A stretch of 64,000 nucleotides of DNA from Actinomycetota bacterium (lineage in GTDB: Bacteria > Actinomycetota > CADDZG01 > JAHWKV01). The notes beneath the pieces were generated by a model. The model did not search any database and was not told the origin of the DNA. It saw only the letters and a list, made by a program, of their open reading frames with translations. Location of the stretch: positions 384,927-448,926 of the forward strand of contig JAUJPC010000002.1 in NCBI GenBank assembly GCA_030447305.1, in the 5' to 3' direction. The position numbers and the translations under genes were made by a program. This document shows, in pieces, positions 38,927 through 48,527 of the stretch; the stretch's first letter is position 1; each line of letters begins with the position of its first letter.

Positions 38927-41674
38927 ATGGATCTATTGCCGGCTCCATTCCATTTCGCCGCCACCTTCCTTGTAACGGTCGCTGCGTTTGGAGGGACTTG
39001 GGTCACCATCTACCGGCCGCAGTACGTGCCGGACGGGACCGCGCGTCGCTTTTCCTTCGGTCTGGGGTGGGCGCTCCTAGCTCTCGGCGAGCTCCTTCAT
39101 GGGTCCCTGATAGCGGCGTCGGAGCAAAGTCCTGTCGCAATTACTTTCAGGATGGCTGCGTATGCCCTTCTGGTCGCCGGCTTGCAGCCTCTTGCTGTGG
39201 GAACTCCTGGGCGGACCGACCCCTCGGAGAGCGCCCCGCCCGGTCCGCCCCGGGGTTTGCCCGACTCAGGGTCCGATGCCCTGACGGACCGCCCCCCCGT
39301 CGTTCCGGCCGTCCGCCGCCTGCTCCTGGCGCTGTCCCTCTTCGTCGCGTCGGACGTGTCTTTCGTCACCGTGGACAGACTGAGCAGCGAGTCACCGGGA
39401 GGGCTGTGGTTCGCAGTTCATGCGCTCAGACTGGCCGGCGGCCTCGGCGTTCTCGCATGGCTCGGACAGGTGGTTCGTACTTCAATCCAGGCTCGGGTCG
39501 TGGCGGTCTTTACCGGACTGATGCTCGTAGTGGTCGTCGCCATCTCCGCGTCGATGACCCAGGTCTTCACCAACAACTTCAGCCAGGAGCTTCTCAACCG
39601 GGCACAGCGGGAAGGCGAGGTTCAACAAAGGATCCTCGAGGGTGTGACGGAGGAGGCGAAGAGTCAGGCACAGCAGGTGGCCCGAAGCGAGAGCGTGCGG
39701 CAGGTCTTTGCAACCAGGCCGGCTGCGCTCAAACAGGTTCTCGAGAGGCTGCAAGGGCCCGGGCAGGTCTTCGACGACGCAGATTTCATGGCGGCACTGG
39801 ATCCCCAGGGCGCACTTCTGGCGGTATCGGCCGTGGGGCCGGGCGGCCGGGACACCCTTGCGGTGGCGGATGCTCTCAACCTGGTGGGCACAGAGATCGT
39901 GCAGAGTGCTTTGGCGCGCGGGGACGCAGGGGAGTCGGTGGACACGTTGGGGCCGGGCAAGATCGCCGCCATCGGCGTGGCGCCGGTCTTCAACCCAGAG
40001 AACTCAGCGAAGATCGGCGTGCTGGTTACCGGCAGGCTGATCGACGTCGAGTACCTTCAGGAGCAGCGCTCGCAGGGTGAGGTCTTTCTGATCACGCGGG
40101 ACGAGGTTCTTGCGGGCACTTCCCGGGTCTCGGATGGAGTAATCCCCACCTCACGCGGGAGCGTCAGCACCTTGTTCGGTAGCGGCCGCCGCATCTCGAT
40201 ACTTTCCGAGGTGGGCAACGAAGAGCGGTTCAACTCGTACGTGCCGCTGGTGCGCGGCGACGAGGTGATCGGAGCCTTGGTTTTCAGCACGCCCTCCGGC
40301 GTGATCGGCCTTGAGCAGCAGAGGCTCGCCGCCCCGCTATTTTTCATCGCTCTTTGGGCCTCAGCCATGGGGGTGGGGCTTTCCCTGCTGTTCGGCTCAC
40401 GCATCACCCAGCCCATCCGCGACCTTACCGAGGCGGCCGACAGGGTCAGAGAGGGTGACCTCACCGCCAGGGTTTCGCCAAAGACCTTCGACGAGGTTGG
40501 CGTGCTCGGCGAGACCTTCGATCAGATGACCGTATCCCTGGCGCAGCTGACCCGAGATCTGCGGGACACCGCCGAGGAACAGGTTGAGTTGAGACGCCGC
40601 CTGGAGACCATCCTGCAGTCCATGACGGACGGCGTCGTGGCGGTCAACAACCATGGCCAGATTGTCGCCTTCAACCGCGAGGCCGAGCGCATCCTTGAGG
40701 TTGCCCAGTCCCAGGTGATCGGTCGGAACGTGAGAAAGGTCCTCCAGCTCAGGGACCCGGCCGGCCAGCCCGTCTCTCCCGCCATCTACGACCTGCAGAA
40801 AGGGTCGGTCAGCGGCACGGTCGCGAATCTCAGAAGCAACGTCTCCCGGCCGGTGGTGGTCACATCCGCACCGATCGAGGACGAGGCCGGAGAGGTGCTG
40901 GGCGCGGTGGCAGTTCTGCGTGATCTTACTCGGGAGGTGGAGATCGAGAAGATGAAGACCGAGTTCCTCGCCAACATCTCCCATGAGCTGAGGACGCCGA
41001 TAACCCCGATCAAAGGCTACTCCGACCTCCTGATACGCAGAGAGGTGTCCCGCGAGCAGCAGGTCACATTCCTGGAGGGCATTCTCTCCTCGGCGGAGCG
41101 GCTGGAACGCATCGTGGAGATGCTGGTGGACTTCTCGGCCATGGAGGCGGGCCGTCTGTCGCCCGACAAGGTGCAGGTGGACTTCGATCAGGTTACCGCC
41201 GAGCTGGTGGAGAAATGGTCGCAGAACGCACCGAAACACCAGTTCGAAAGGACCGGCTTCAACTCGCTTCCGACGGTTGCGGTTGACCGACGCCTGGTCC
41301 CGCTGGCCATCGGTGAGCTGATGGACAACGCGGTGAAGTTCAGCCCCAACGGCGGAAAGATCACCCTTTTGGCGGAGCACAACAAGAACGGGAAGGAAAG
41401 TACAGACGTGCGGATCTCGGTGATCGACGAGGGCATCGGCATGGACCGGAACCAGCTTTCCAAGATCGGACAGAACTTTGTCCAGGCGGACGGGTCTGAG
41501 ACCCGGGCGTACGGCGGGCTGGGGTTGGGGCTGGCTTACGTTCGCCGGATAGCGGAAGGCCACGGGGGACGCCTGGAGGTTGAAAGTCAGCCGGCCAGGG
41601 GATCCCGGTTCACTCTGGTTTTTCCGGCCGGCGGGGTACCGCCGAAGGTCAGGGAAGTCCTTGCGCGCACCTAG
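38927..41674 (+). CDS. sensor histidine kinase with large multi-TM N-terminal sensor region
   Basis: HAMP-like segment, PAS-like region, HisKA (EFLANISHELRTPITPIKGY), HATPase_c (GGLGLGLAYVRRI). Confidence 0.85.
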   Translation: MDLLPAPFHFAATFLVTVAAFGGTWVTIYRPQYVPDGTARRFSFGLGWALLALGELLHGSLIAASEQSPVAITFRMAAYALLVAGLQPLAVGTPGRTDPSESAPPGPPRGLPDSGSDALTDRPPVVPAVRRLLLALSLFVASDVSFVTVDRLSSESPGGLWFAVHALRLAGGLGVLAWLGQVVRTSIQARVVAVFTGLMLVVVVAISASMTQVFTNNFSQELLNRAQREGEVQQRILEGVTEEAKSQAQQVARSESVRQVFATRPAALKQVLERLQGPGQVFDDADFMAALDPQGALLAVSAVGPGGRDTLAVADALNLVGTEIVQSALARGDAGESVDTLGPGKIAAIGVAPVFNPENSAKIGVLVTGRLIDVEYLQEQRSQGEVFLITRDEVLAGTSRVSDGVIPTSRGSVSTLFGSGRRISILSEVGNEERFNSYVPLVRGDEVIGALVFSTPSGVIGLEQQRLAAPLFFIALWASAMGVGLSLLFGSRITQPIRDLTEAADRVREGDLTARVSPKTFDEVGVLGETFDQMTVSLAQLTRDLRDTAEEQVELRRRLETILQSMTDGVVAVNNHGQIVAFNREAERILEVAQSQVIGRNVRKVLQLRDPAGQPVSPAIYDLQKGSVSGTVANLRSNVSRPVVVTSAPIEDEAGEVLGAVAVLRDLTREVEIEKMKTEFLANISHELRTPITPIKGYSDLLIRREVSREQQVTFLEGILSSAERLERIVEMLVDFSAMEAGRLSPDKVQVDFDQVTAELVEKWSQNAPKHQFERTGFNSLPTVAVDRRLVPLAIGELMDNAVKFSPNGGKITLLAEHNKNGKESTDVRISVIDEGIGMDRNQLSKIGQNFVQADGSETRAYGGLGLGLAYVRRIAEGHGGRLEVESQPARGSRFTLVFPAGGVPPKVREVLART

Positions 41675-41675
41675 T

Positions 41676-42866
41676 ATGAGATGGCTGGCAATGGGTCTGG
41701 TCTTGGTGCTGGCGCTGGCGGGGGTGGCATGTTCGGGGAAGAAGGGCGGAGTCGCCGATCCCATCGGCGCTATCACCGACGTCAGGGGCACCGTGGACCT
41801 GATTCACGACGGGACGGCTACCCAGGCCATCCAGGACGCCGAGCTGTTCGCCGGCGACGCGATAAGGGTTAACGGCTCGGGGAGCGCGAGCTTCCGGTTG
41901 GGTGGCGACGGGAAGTATGAGCTGCTGCAAGGCCGGGCCCGGGTGCAGCGCGCCGACGTGATACGGACGGGGGACGGAGTCCTGCTGGTCAGCTCCGATA
42001 AACCGGTCGAAGCGGACTTTGGGGCGGTGGGAGTAGCCTTCAGTAAAGGCACCGTGCGGGTCGAGCTCGGCACACCAGGCCGGATTGCGGCATACGAGGT
42101 CGAAGACCTCAACGTGGCGGCCGGATCTCAACAGGTGCCTCTTCCCCGGCTGTGGCAGGTGTCGATCACACCTGACGGCCGGCTCGACCAGGCCCGGCCT
42201 TTGCAGTTCTCGAGGGATGACCCGGTTGACGCGATTCACCTCGCGCATGCCCTGGACGCCGACGGGAAGCTCGGAAACCTCCTTCGCGGCGTGGAGCCTC
42301 AACTGGCCGCAACCAACGGTTCTGCGCTGAGGAACCGTCTGGCGTCGGGCGGCATCGGCCCCGATGCTCTGGCCCCCTTTGCAAGTGTGGCCCGCTCAGA
42401 CACGCTGATGGGTCTGGCCTTCGCCCGCGAATGGAGGAGCGCGGAGCTGGTAAAAAGCTTCGAGCAGGCAATGGCTCTCAAGGTGCTGGGGGCGTCCTGG
42501 GGCCTTATTGCCCAGAGCTTCAACGTGAGCGCCGATGCGCTGGTGTCCAGCCTTCAGAATGAGATAAACGCGGTCCTGTTCTCCGGCGGCTCGGGGGAGG
42601 GCGGTCAGCTCGTGCCGACTCGACCCCAAGCGTCACGGCCGGCACCTTCGGGCACTCAGCGGTCCCGAGCGGCTCCCGCAGGCACCCAGCCACCCCCAGC
42701 ACCGGCATCTGCGCCGGCTGCACCTCCCGGCCGCGCTTCACCCGGTCCTGAACCCGGACTGGTCGGGCCGGTTGTGGACCCGTTGAAGCCGCTCCTTCCC
42801 AACGAGCTGGCCGCGATCATCGACGAGCTTTACGGCCTCACGCACGGCCTGGTGCCCCTGCTCTAG
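41676..42866 (+). CDS. putative lipoprotein or secreted protein downstream of the sensor kinase
   Basis: ATG 1 nt after kinase stop; signal peptide with Cys (LALAGVACSG); Pro/Ala-rich C-terminus. Confidence 0.55.
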   Translation: MRWLAMGLVLVLALAGVACSGKKGGVADPIGAITDVRGTVDLIHDGTATQAIQDAELFAGDAIRVNGSGSASFRLGGDGKYELLQGRARVQRADVIRTGDGVLLVSSDKPVEADFGAVGVAFSKGTVRVELGTPGRIAAYEVEDLNVAAGSQQVPLPRLWQVSITPDGRLDQARPLQFSRDDPVDAIHLAHALDADGKLGNLLRGVEPQLAATNGSALRNRLASGGIGPDALAPFASVARSDTLMGLAFAREWRSAELVKSFEQAMALKVLGASWGLIAQSFNVSADALVSSLQNEINAVLFSGGSGEGGQLVPTRPQASRPAPSGTQRSRAAPAGTQPPPAPASAPAAPPGRASPGPEPGLVGPVVDPLKPLLPNELAAIIDELYGLTHGLVPLL

Positions 42867-42963
42867 CCCCGGCGAGGGTGCTTTCAACCGCTCAGACCAA
42901 CAGATAGTCTTTCGTGGACCTCTCCGCCCTGTAGGCAAATAAGAAGGGGCCCGGAAAGACAGC

Positions 42964-45042
42964 ATGGATCCTGAAGAGATTGAGAACCGTGAATTCGACG
43001 TATCGATGCGGGGTTATGCGCGCCACGAGGTAGAGGCCTTCCGCGAGGAGGTTGCTCAGGAGATAAAGATCCTTCGCAAGCAGCTCACCAAGGCTACTTC
43101 GGATCTGTCACATGCCAACTCGGAGCTGAAGCGCACGCGGGCACAGCTGGCCGATACCAATGCTCAACTGACCGAGGAGCGATCCGGCAAGGCGCCCGAG
43201 CACGAAGGGAAGCAAGAAATTCCGCCGCCTGAGGACCGGGCTGCGGTGTTCAAGATGGTGGGGCAGGAGACCGAGCGCATCCTGCTGGCTGCCGAGCAGG
43301 CCGCCGAGCAGATTCACGATCGCGCAGTGAAGGAATCCGCCGAGATGATCACCGATGCCCGCCTGCAGGTTCAGCGCTCGATGGAAGAGCTGGAGGCGGC
43401 CCGCCGCGCTGCCGAGGAGGATTTCCGGGCGATCAGCGACACCCGCAGCATGGTCGCATCCCAGCTAGAGGACATCCGCCGGCGCCTGGAGGAGACCATT
43501 GGCCGGTTAAGGGTGCCGGTGGAGCTGCCGGGATCCAAGCCGATGCGTTCTCGCGGGCCGCAGGGTGGGTCCGAGCGCTCGATGTCGCAGGCTCCGCTGA
43601 ACCTCGTCAAGGAAGCCGAGATCCACGCTCAACAGCGGCAGCAGAGGGAGGTTGAAGCGGCCAAAGTGCTGGCGGCCCGGCAGACCGCCCATCTGGCCCA
43701 AGCCGAGAGGCGTGAAAGCGAGCTGAAGGTCGTTCAGGCGGAAGCGGAGCAGAGAGCCCAGGCGCACGCCGAGCGAGAGGCTCGTGAACGGGAGGCCCGC
43801 GAAGCCGCGCTCGCGCGCAAAGCGCAGGAAGCGCGCGCGGCTGCGGCTGCGGCAGATGCCGAGCGCCTCAAGTCGGCACGGGAAGCGGAAGGTCTCAGAG
43901 AAGCGCAGGAGGCCGAACGGGCCGCCCGGCTGGCGGCTGAGAGGGCCGCCATGGCAGAAGCCGAGCAGGCAGCCAAGGCGGAGAGGGTCGCCAAGGCAGA
44001 GGCCGAGCAGGCGGCGAAGGCAGAGGCGGAGAGGGCCGCCAAGGCGGAGGCCGAGCAGGCGGCGAAGGCAGAGGCGGAGAGGGCCGCCAAGGCAGAAGCC
44101 GAGCAGGCAGCCAAGGCGGAGAGGGTCGCCAAGGCAGAGGCCGAGCAGGCGGCGAAGGCAGAAGCCGAGAGGGCAGCCAAGGCGGAGGCCGAGAAGACGC
44201 CCCCGCCCCCCAAGGCAGTGGAGGAACGGCCGAAATCAACCGGGGACGATGCATCCAGTAGAAAGGCGGCGTCCGTTGATCACGGGTCGTCGCTTGATGA
44301 GCTGTTGGAAGAGATCCGCCGCAAACGGGAAGAGGAACGCAAGCGCCCTGCTGTGGACCAGCAGACGGCCACGGATGATGTCGCTCAGGAAATCTTCCGC
44401 CGCAACGAGGTCCTCGGGGACCTTCCTGCCCAAACCGCCCGGCGGCTGAAGCGGCTGCTGCAGGAGGATCACAATGATCTGCTCGATCGTCTAAGGACCC
44501 AGCGAGGGAAGGGTCCCCTGGGGGACAACCTCGCTCCTGTTAGCGAACAGCTCGGACGGTTCGTGGCGGGACTGAACGAAGCACTGGGCAGAGCGTTTGC
44601 AGAGGGGCACAAGGCCGGCGGAGCCGTAGGTTCGGTAGACGCATCACGAGCCGTGACAAGACTGGTCAGCCGCCAGGTTCTGAACCCCCTGCGGGCCGAG
44701 GTCTCTAAAGCCGTAGAGACAGGGCTGGAGGCGGAGGATTCGCCGTCTGCTCTGTCGGAGCGGGCAAACGACGTATTTCGGGTCTGGAAGGGCGTGCGAA
44801 CCCAGCTGTTGGGCGAAGGGATCTCCTACGCCGCTTACAACCAGGGCCTGTTGGAGGCACTGGGCTCTCGTCCGGGGGCCAGGAAGGTATGGGTTCTTGC
44901 CACCGATGAGCACGAATGTCCCAACGACATCTGCAAGCGCAACGCCTCCGCAGGCGAGGTTGAGCTCAAGTCGTCGTTCCCAAGTGGGCATCTGGCTCCA
45001 CCCGCTCACGGGGGCTGCACCTGCACTCTGAAGGGCTCCTGA
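42964..45042 (+). CDS. DivIVA domain-containing coiled-coil protein with internal tandem repeats
   Basis: N-terminal DivIVA-like motif (ENREFDVSMRGYARHEV); long coiled coil; AEAEQAAKAEAERAAK repeats. Confidence 0.7.
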   Translation: MDPEEIENREFDVSMRGYARHEVEAFREEVAQEIKILRKQLTKATSDLSHANSELKRTRAQLADTNAQLTEERSGKAPEHEGKQEIPPPEDRAAVFKMVGQETERILLAAEQAAEQIHDRAVKESAEMITDARLQVQRSMEELEAARRAAEEDFRAISDTRSMVASQLEDIRRRLEETIGRLRVPVELPGSKPMRSRGPQGGSERSMSQAPLNLVKEAEIHAQQRQQREVEAAKVLAARQTAHLAQAERRESELKVVQAEAEQRAQAHAEREAREREAREAALARKAQEARAAAAAADAERLKSAREAEGLREAQEAERAARLAAERAAMAEAEQAAKAERVAKAEAEQAAKAEAERAAKAEAEQAAKAEAERAAKAEAEQAAKAERVAKAEAEQAAKAEAERAAKAEAEKTPPPPKAVEERPKSTGDDASSRKAASVDHGSSLDELLEEIRRKREEERKRPAVDQQTATDDVAQEIFRRNEVLGDLPAQTARRLKRLLQEDHNDLLDRLRTQRGKGPLGDNLAPVSEQLGRFVAGLNEALGRAFAEGHKAGGAVGSVDASRAVTRLVSRQVLNPLRAEVSKAVETGLEAEDSPSALSERANDVFRVWKGVRTQLLGEGISYAAYNQGLLEALGSRPGARKVWVLATDEHECPNDICKRNASAGEVELKSSFPSGHLAPPAHGGCTCTLKGS
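43951..44196 (+). repeat. in-frame tandem repeat, 24/48 nt units with a higher-order duplication of about 144 nt
   Basis: Repeated gccgagcaggcggcgaaggcagaggcggagagggccgccaaggc blocks. Confidence 0.8.
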
Positions 45043-45103
45043 TCCAACCCGGTCAGCGGAGTCGGAAGGTTCTTTCTCGCAGGTGCCTTAAGCTGGATCA
45101 GCA

Positions 45104-47947
45104 ATGGTAACCAAGATGCCCGCCTCTCCTAACTCCCGGAGGGTCCGCACAAGCTTCCTGGTCCTTTTCTTCTTTGCGATCATCTCGATCTCGGCGGCTG
45201 TCGGCCTGTACACCGACCTTCTGTGGTTTCGCGAGGTCGGCTTCCAGACGGTCTTCTGGAAAGTGCTCTCTTCGAGGGTGATCCTCGTCGGGGCATTCGG
45301 CCTCCTCTTTTTCATCTTGTGCCTGGTGAACCTGCTGGTCGTAGGCCGAACTGCGCCGGCCTACCGGATTCCCTCCGCTGACCAGGAGGACCCGTTCGAG
45401 AGGTTCCGGGAGGCATTCATCCCGTTTTCGCGCTGGATTCCAATTGGTGTCAGCGCTTTCCTCGCCTTGCTGTTCTCGTTGCGGCTCGCTCCTGCGTGGG
45501 ATCGCTTCGTCCTGGCCATGAACGCAGTGCCCTTCGATGCGGTGGATCCGATTTTCGGAAAGGACCTCAGCTTCTTCATGTTCCGGCTCCCCGTGTACCA
45601 GTTGATTTACGGCTGGCTCTTCTCGGCCGTGGTTGTGGTGACCCTGCTGGTGACGTCGGCCTACTACCTCGTCGGGGCAATTCGTCCCCAGGCGGCAATC
45701 GACAAGGTGGCGCCCCAGGTGAAGGTGCATCTTTCGGTGTTGATCGGAATTGCAGCGCTGCTGAGGGCGTGGGGATACCGGCTCAACCAGTACGAGCTGC
45801 TCTACTCCGAGCGCGGCACAGTCATAGGGGCCTCATACACCGACATCAACGCCGAGCTGCCCGCCCTCAAGCTCCTCGTGGCCATCTCGATCATCAGCGC
45901 AGTTCTGTTTCTGGTGAACATTCGGTTCCGCGGCTGGACGCTGCCTCTCATCGGGGTCGGGCTGTGGCTGTTGACCTCCGTCCTGGCCGCCGGCCTGTTC
46001 CCCTTCATCATCCAGCGATTCCAGGTCGAGCCCGCCGAGCTTCAGAAGGAGCGGGAGTTCATAGAGAGAAACATCGTCAACACGAGGAAAGCCTTCGGAC
46101 TGGATGCGATGCAGGTTCAAGAGTTCCCCATCGAACCCGGCTTGAGTGCCCAAAGCGTGCAGGAGAACCAAACAACACTGAACAACGTCCGGCTGTGGGA
46201 CCCGCACACGCTGATGAGCGCCTTCCGGCAGCTCCAGGAGATTCGAACCTACTACAAGTTCCAGGACGTGGACGTCGACCGTTACCAGCTGGGTCCCCAG
46301 AGGCGACAGTTGATGCTGGCCCTGCGGGAGCTCGACGTCACCAGCCTGCAGAGCCGCTCATGGCTGAACGATCACCTGGTGTACACGCATGGCTACGGAG
46401 CGGTCGCCAGCCCCACCAATGAGATCACCGGCGAAGGAGCGCCTCAGCTGCTGATACGGGACATCCCGCCGGTGTCGGACATGGACGAGCTCAAGATCGA
46501 CCGACCCGGAATCTACTTCGGCGAGGGCCCGAGCACCTATTCCATAGTCAACACCGAACAGCGGGAGCTGGACTACACCGCACCGGAAGGCAACGAGACA
46601 ACCGTCTATGACGGCAGAGCCGGTGTCCCGCTTCAAAACCTGTTTCGGCGGCTGACCTTTGCCTGGAGGTTCCGCGACGTGAACCTGGCCATCAGTGGTC
46701 TGATCGACGGTGAGTCAAAGGTCATCTTCAACCGGGGGATCCGGGAACGCGTCAGCAAGGCGGCGCCCTTCCTGGAGCTGGACGGAGATCCCTACGCAGT
46801 CCTCGCCGGAGGCCGGATCGTTTGGATTCTGGATGCCTACACGATGTCCAACATGTACCCGTACTCGCAGAGCGTCGACCTGTCGACCCGAACCCGCATT
46901 CGAGGCGGCGCCAACGATGGGGATCCCAGCATCGTGGCAACTGGGAACTACGTCCGCAACTCGGTGAAGGTAACGGTGGATGCCTACGACGGCACCATGA
47001 GGTTTTACGTATGGGACGAGAACGACCCGCTGATTCGAGCCTGGCAAAGGGCCTTCCCCTCTCTGTTGGTCGACCAGTCGCAGATGCCGGCAGAGGTACG
47101 AAGCCATGTGCGGTATCCGGAGGACATGTTTCGGATCCAGAGCCACGTTTACCAGCGCTACCACATGACCGATCCAACGGACTTCTATCAGCGGGAGGAT
47201 GAGTGGGTTATTCCCGCCAACCCGATGAGGGGGGTAAGCTCCGCCGTCGCGACGACGCAGGAGCTCGAGCCGTACTACGTCCTCATGCGCCTGCCGGACA
47301 CCGAACGGGACGAGTACGTGATGATCCTTCCGATGAACCCCAGGAACCGGCCGAATATGGTGTCACTCCTGGCGGCCAAGTCGGATCAGGAGGAATTCGG
47401 AAAGCTCGTGGACTTCCGCTTCCCAAAGGGCGTCCAGACCGGCGGGGTGGGGCAAATCCATTCCCGCATCAACGCCAATGAGGAGATCTCGCGTACCATC
47501 ACCCTGCTCGAGCAAAGCGGATCCGATGTCATCCTGGGCAACCTGCTCGTGATCCCGGTCGGCAAGTCGATCCTCTACTCGCAGCCCCTTTTCCTCCAGG
47601 CCAACAACAATGCCATTCCGGAGCTCAAGTACGTGATCCTGGCCAACTCCGATCAGGTTAAGATGGCGCCCACGTTGGACCAGGCGTTGGACGCGCTCCT
47701 CAGCAACGCTCCAACCGTCATCACGTCGCCGGGGACGCCGGCACCTCCTCCCGGGCCGCCGGCACCGGCTCCGCCTCCGCCGGCGGACGCGCCGGAGCCG
47801 GGAGCACAAACTCAGGACGAGCTGCTGAGGGAGGCATCCGACCGCCTGAATGCCGCGGAACAAGCGGCCCGCAACGGCGATTGGGCGGCCTACGGACGGG
47901 AGCTGCAGGCGGCGAGGGACGCACTTTCGAGGGCCCGGGGATCCTGA
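45104..47947 (+). CDS. UPF0182 family large membrane protein
   Basis: Multi-TM N-terminus plus large extracytoplasmic domain; Pro-rich C-terminal tail. Confidence 0.8.
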   Translation: MVTKMPASPNSRRVRTSFLVLFFFAIISISAAVGLYTDLLWFREVGFQTVFWKVLSSRVILVGAFGLLFFILCLVNLLVVGRTAPAYRIPSADQEDPFERFREAFIPFSRWIPIGVSAFLALLFSLRLAPAWDRFVLAMNAVPFDAVDPIFGKDLSFFMFRLPVYQLIYGWLFSAVVVVTLLVTSAYYLVGAIRPQAAIDKVAPQVKVHLSVLIGIAALLRAWGYRLNQYELLYSERGTVIGASYTDINAELPALKLLVAISIISAVLFLVNIRFRGWTLPLIGVGLWLLTSVLAAGLFPFIIQRFQVEPAELQKEREFIERNIVNTRKAFGLDAMQVQEFPIEPGLSAQSVQENQTTLNNVRLWDPHTLMSAFRQLQEIRTYYKFQDVDVDRYQLGPQRRQLMLALRELDVTSLQSRSWLNDHLVYTHGYGAVASPTNEITGEGAPQLLIRDIPPVSDMDELKIDRPGIYFGEGPSTYSIVNTEQRELDYTAPEGNETTVYDGRAGVPLQNLFRRLTFAWRFRDVNLAISGLIDGESKVIFNRGIRERVSKAAPFLELDGDPYAVLAGGRIVWILDAYTMSNMYPYSQSVDLSTRTRIRGGANDGDPSIVATGNYVRNSVKVTVDAYDGTMRFYVWDENDPLIRAWQRAFPSLLVDQSQMPAEVRSHVRYPEDMFRIQSHVYQRYHMTDPTDFYQREDEWVIPANPMRGVSSAVATTQELEPYYVLMRLPDTERDEYVMILPMNPRNRPNMVSLLAAKSDQEEFGKLVDFRFPKGVQTGGVGQIHSRINANEEISRTITLLEQSGSDVILGNLLVIPVGKSILYSQPLFLQANNNAIPELKYVILANSDQVKMAPTLDQALDALLSNAPTVITSPGTPAPPPGPPAPAPPPPADAPEPGAQTQDELLREASDRLNAAEQAARNGDWAAYGRELQAARDALSRARGS

Positions 47948-47991
47948 GCGGAGGCGTTGGGTGCCCCGGTGAGCTTGTGCTAACCTAATTG

Positions 47992-48068
<77 letters not shown>

Positions 48069-48091
48069 CTGAAATGGCCTGATCTAGGCGT

Positions 48092-48130
48092 AAAAGGCGG
48101 CTTTCCGGGTCGGAAGGTCGCCTTTTGTAT
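48092..48130. terminator. bidirectional hairpin terminator downstream of tRNA
   Basis: AAAAGGCG...CGCCTTTT 8 bp outer stem with nested inner stem, followed by TTTTGTATT. Confidence 0.6.
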
Positions 48131-48503
48131 TCGGCGAAACTGCCGCATGTAGGCCATCCCATTCGATCGCGTGTTCGAGCGACTAAAATCATGCTGCCCT
48201 TAATGGCGGTCGAGTGTTGAGTCCGCTTGTCTGCGTTGGCATCTCGGGCCCGATAGCGAGCCCCTCCAAGCTTGACTGGGGTGTCTTCATCGACAAGATC
48301 CGGTGATGTTCTCGTGGAGCGAGCGGAAGCCTACCCTGGCTCAAGGTCACCTACGAGGTAGCTTTGTGGCGCAGGCATCAGCGAGCTTCCACACCACCAG
48401 GGGGTTGCGGGCTGTAAGTGGTCCGGAACCTTGGCAAGCTGGGGCCGTTCGTCGAGGGTGCCACCAGCATCGTCGACGAAGATTGATATTTATGGGATTG
48501 GCC

Positions 48504-48527
48504 TTTGACACAGCTATTTATGTCAAA
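48504..48527. promoter_or_regulatory. inverted repeat TTTGACA-N10-TGTCAAA in an AT-rich patch overlapping the JAB-E1 stop codon
   Basis: Perfect 7 bp arms; possible protein-binding or recombination site. Confidence 0.3.

Noticed and set aside
40397-41791. 464 aa minus-strand ORF
   Set aside because: Antisense to the histidine kinase catalytic region (HisKA and HATPase motifs on plus strand).
43734-44254. Minus-strand ORFs across the DivIVA repeat region, and the repeat itself as a possible CRISPR array
   Set aside because: Repeats are in-frame 24/48 nt coding units with no unique spacers of CRISPR size; antisense ORFs are a by-product of the repetitive GC-rich sequence.
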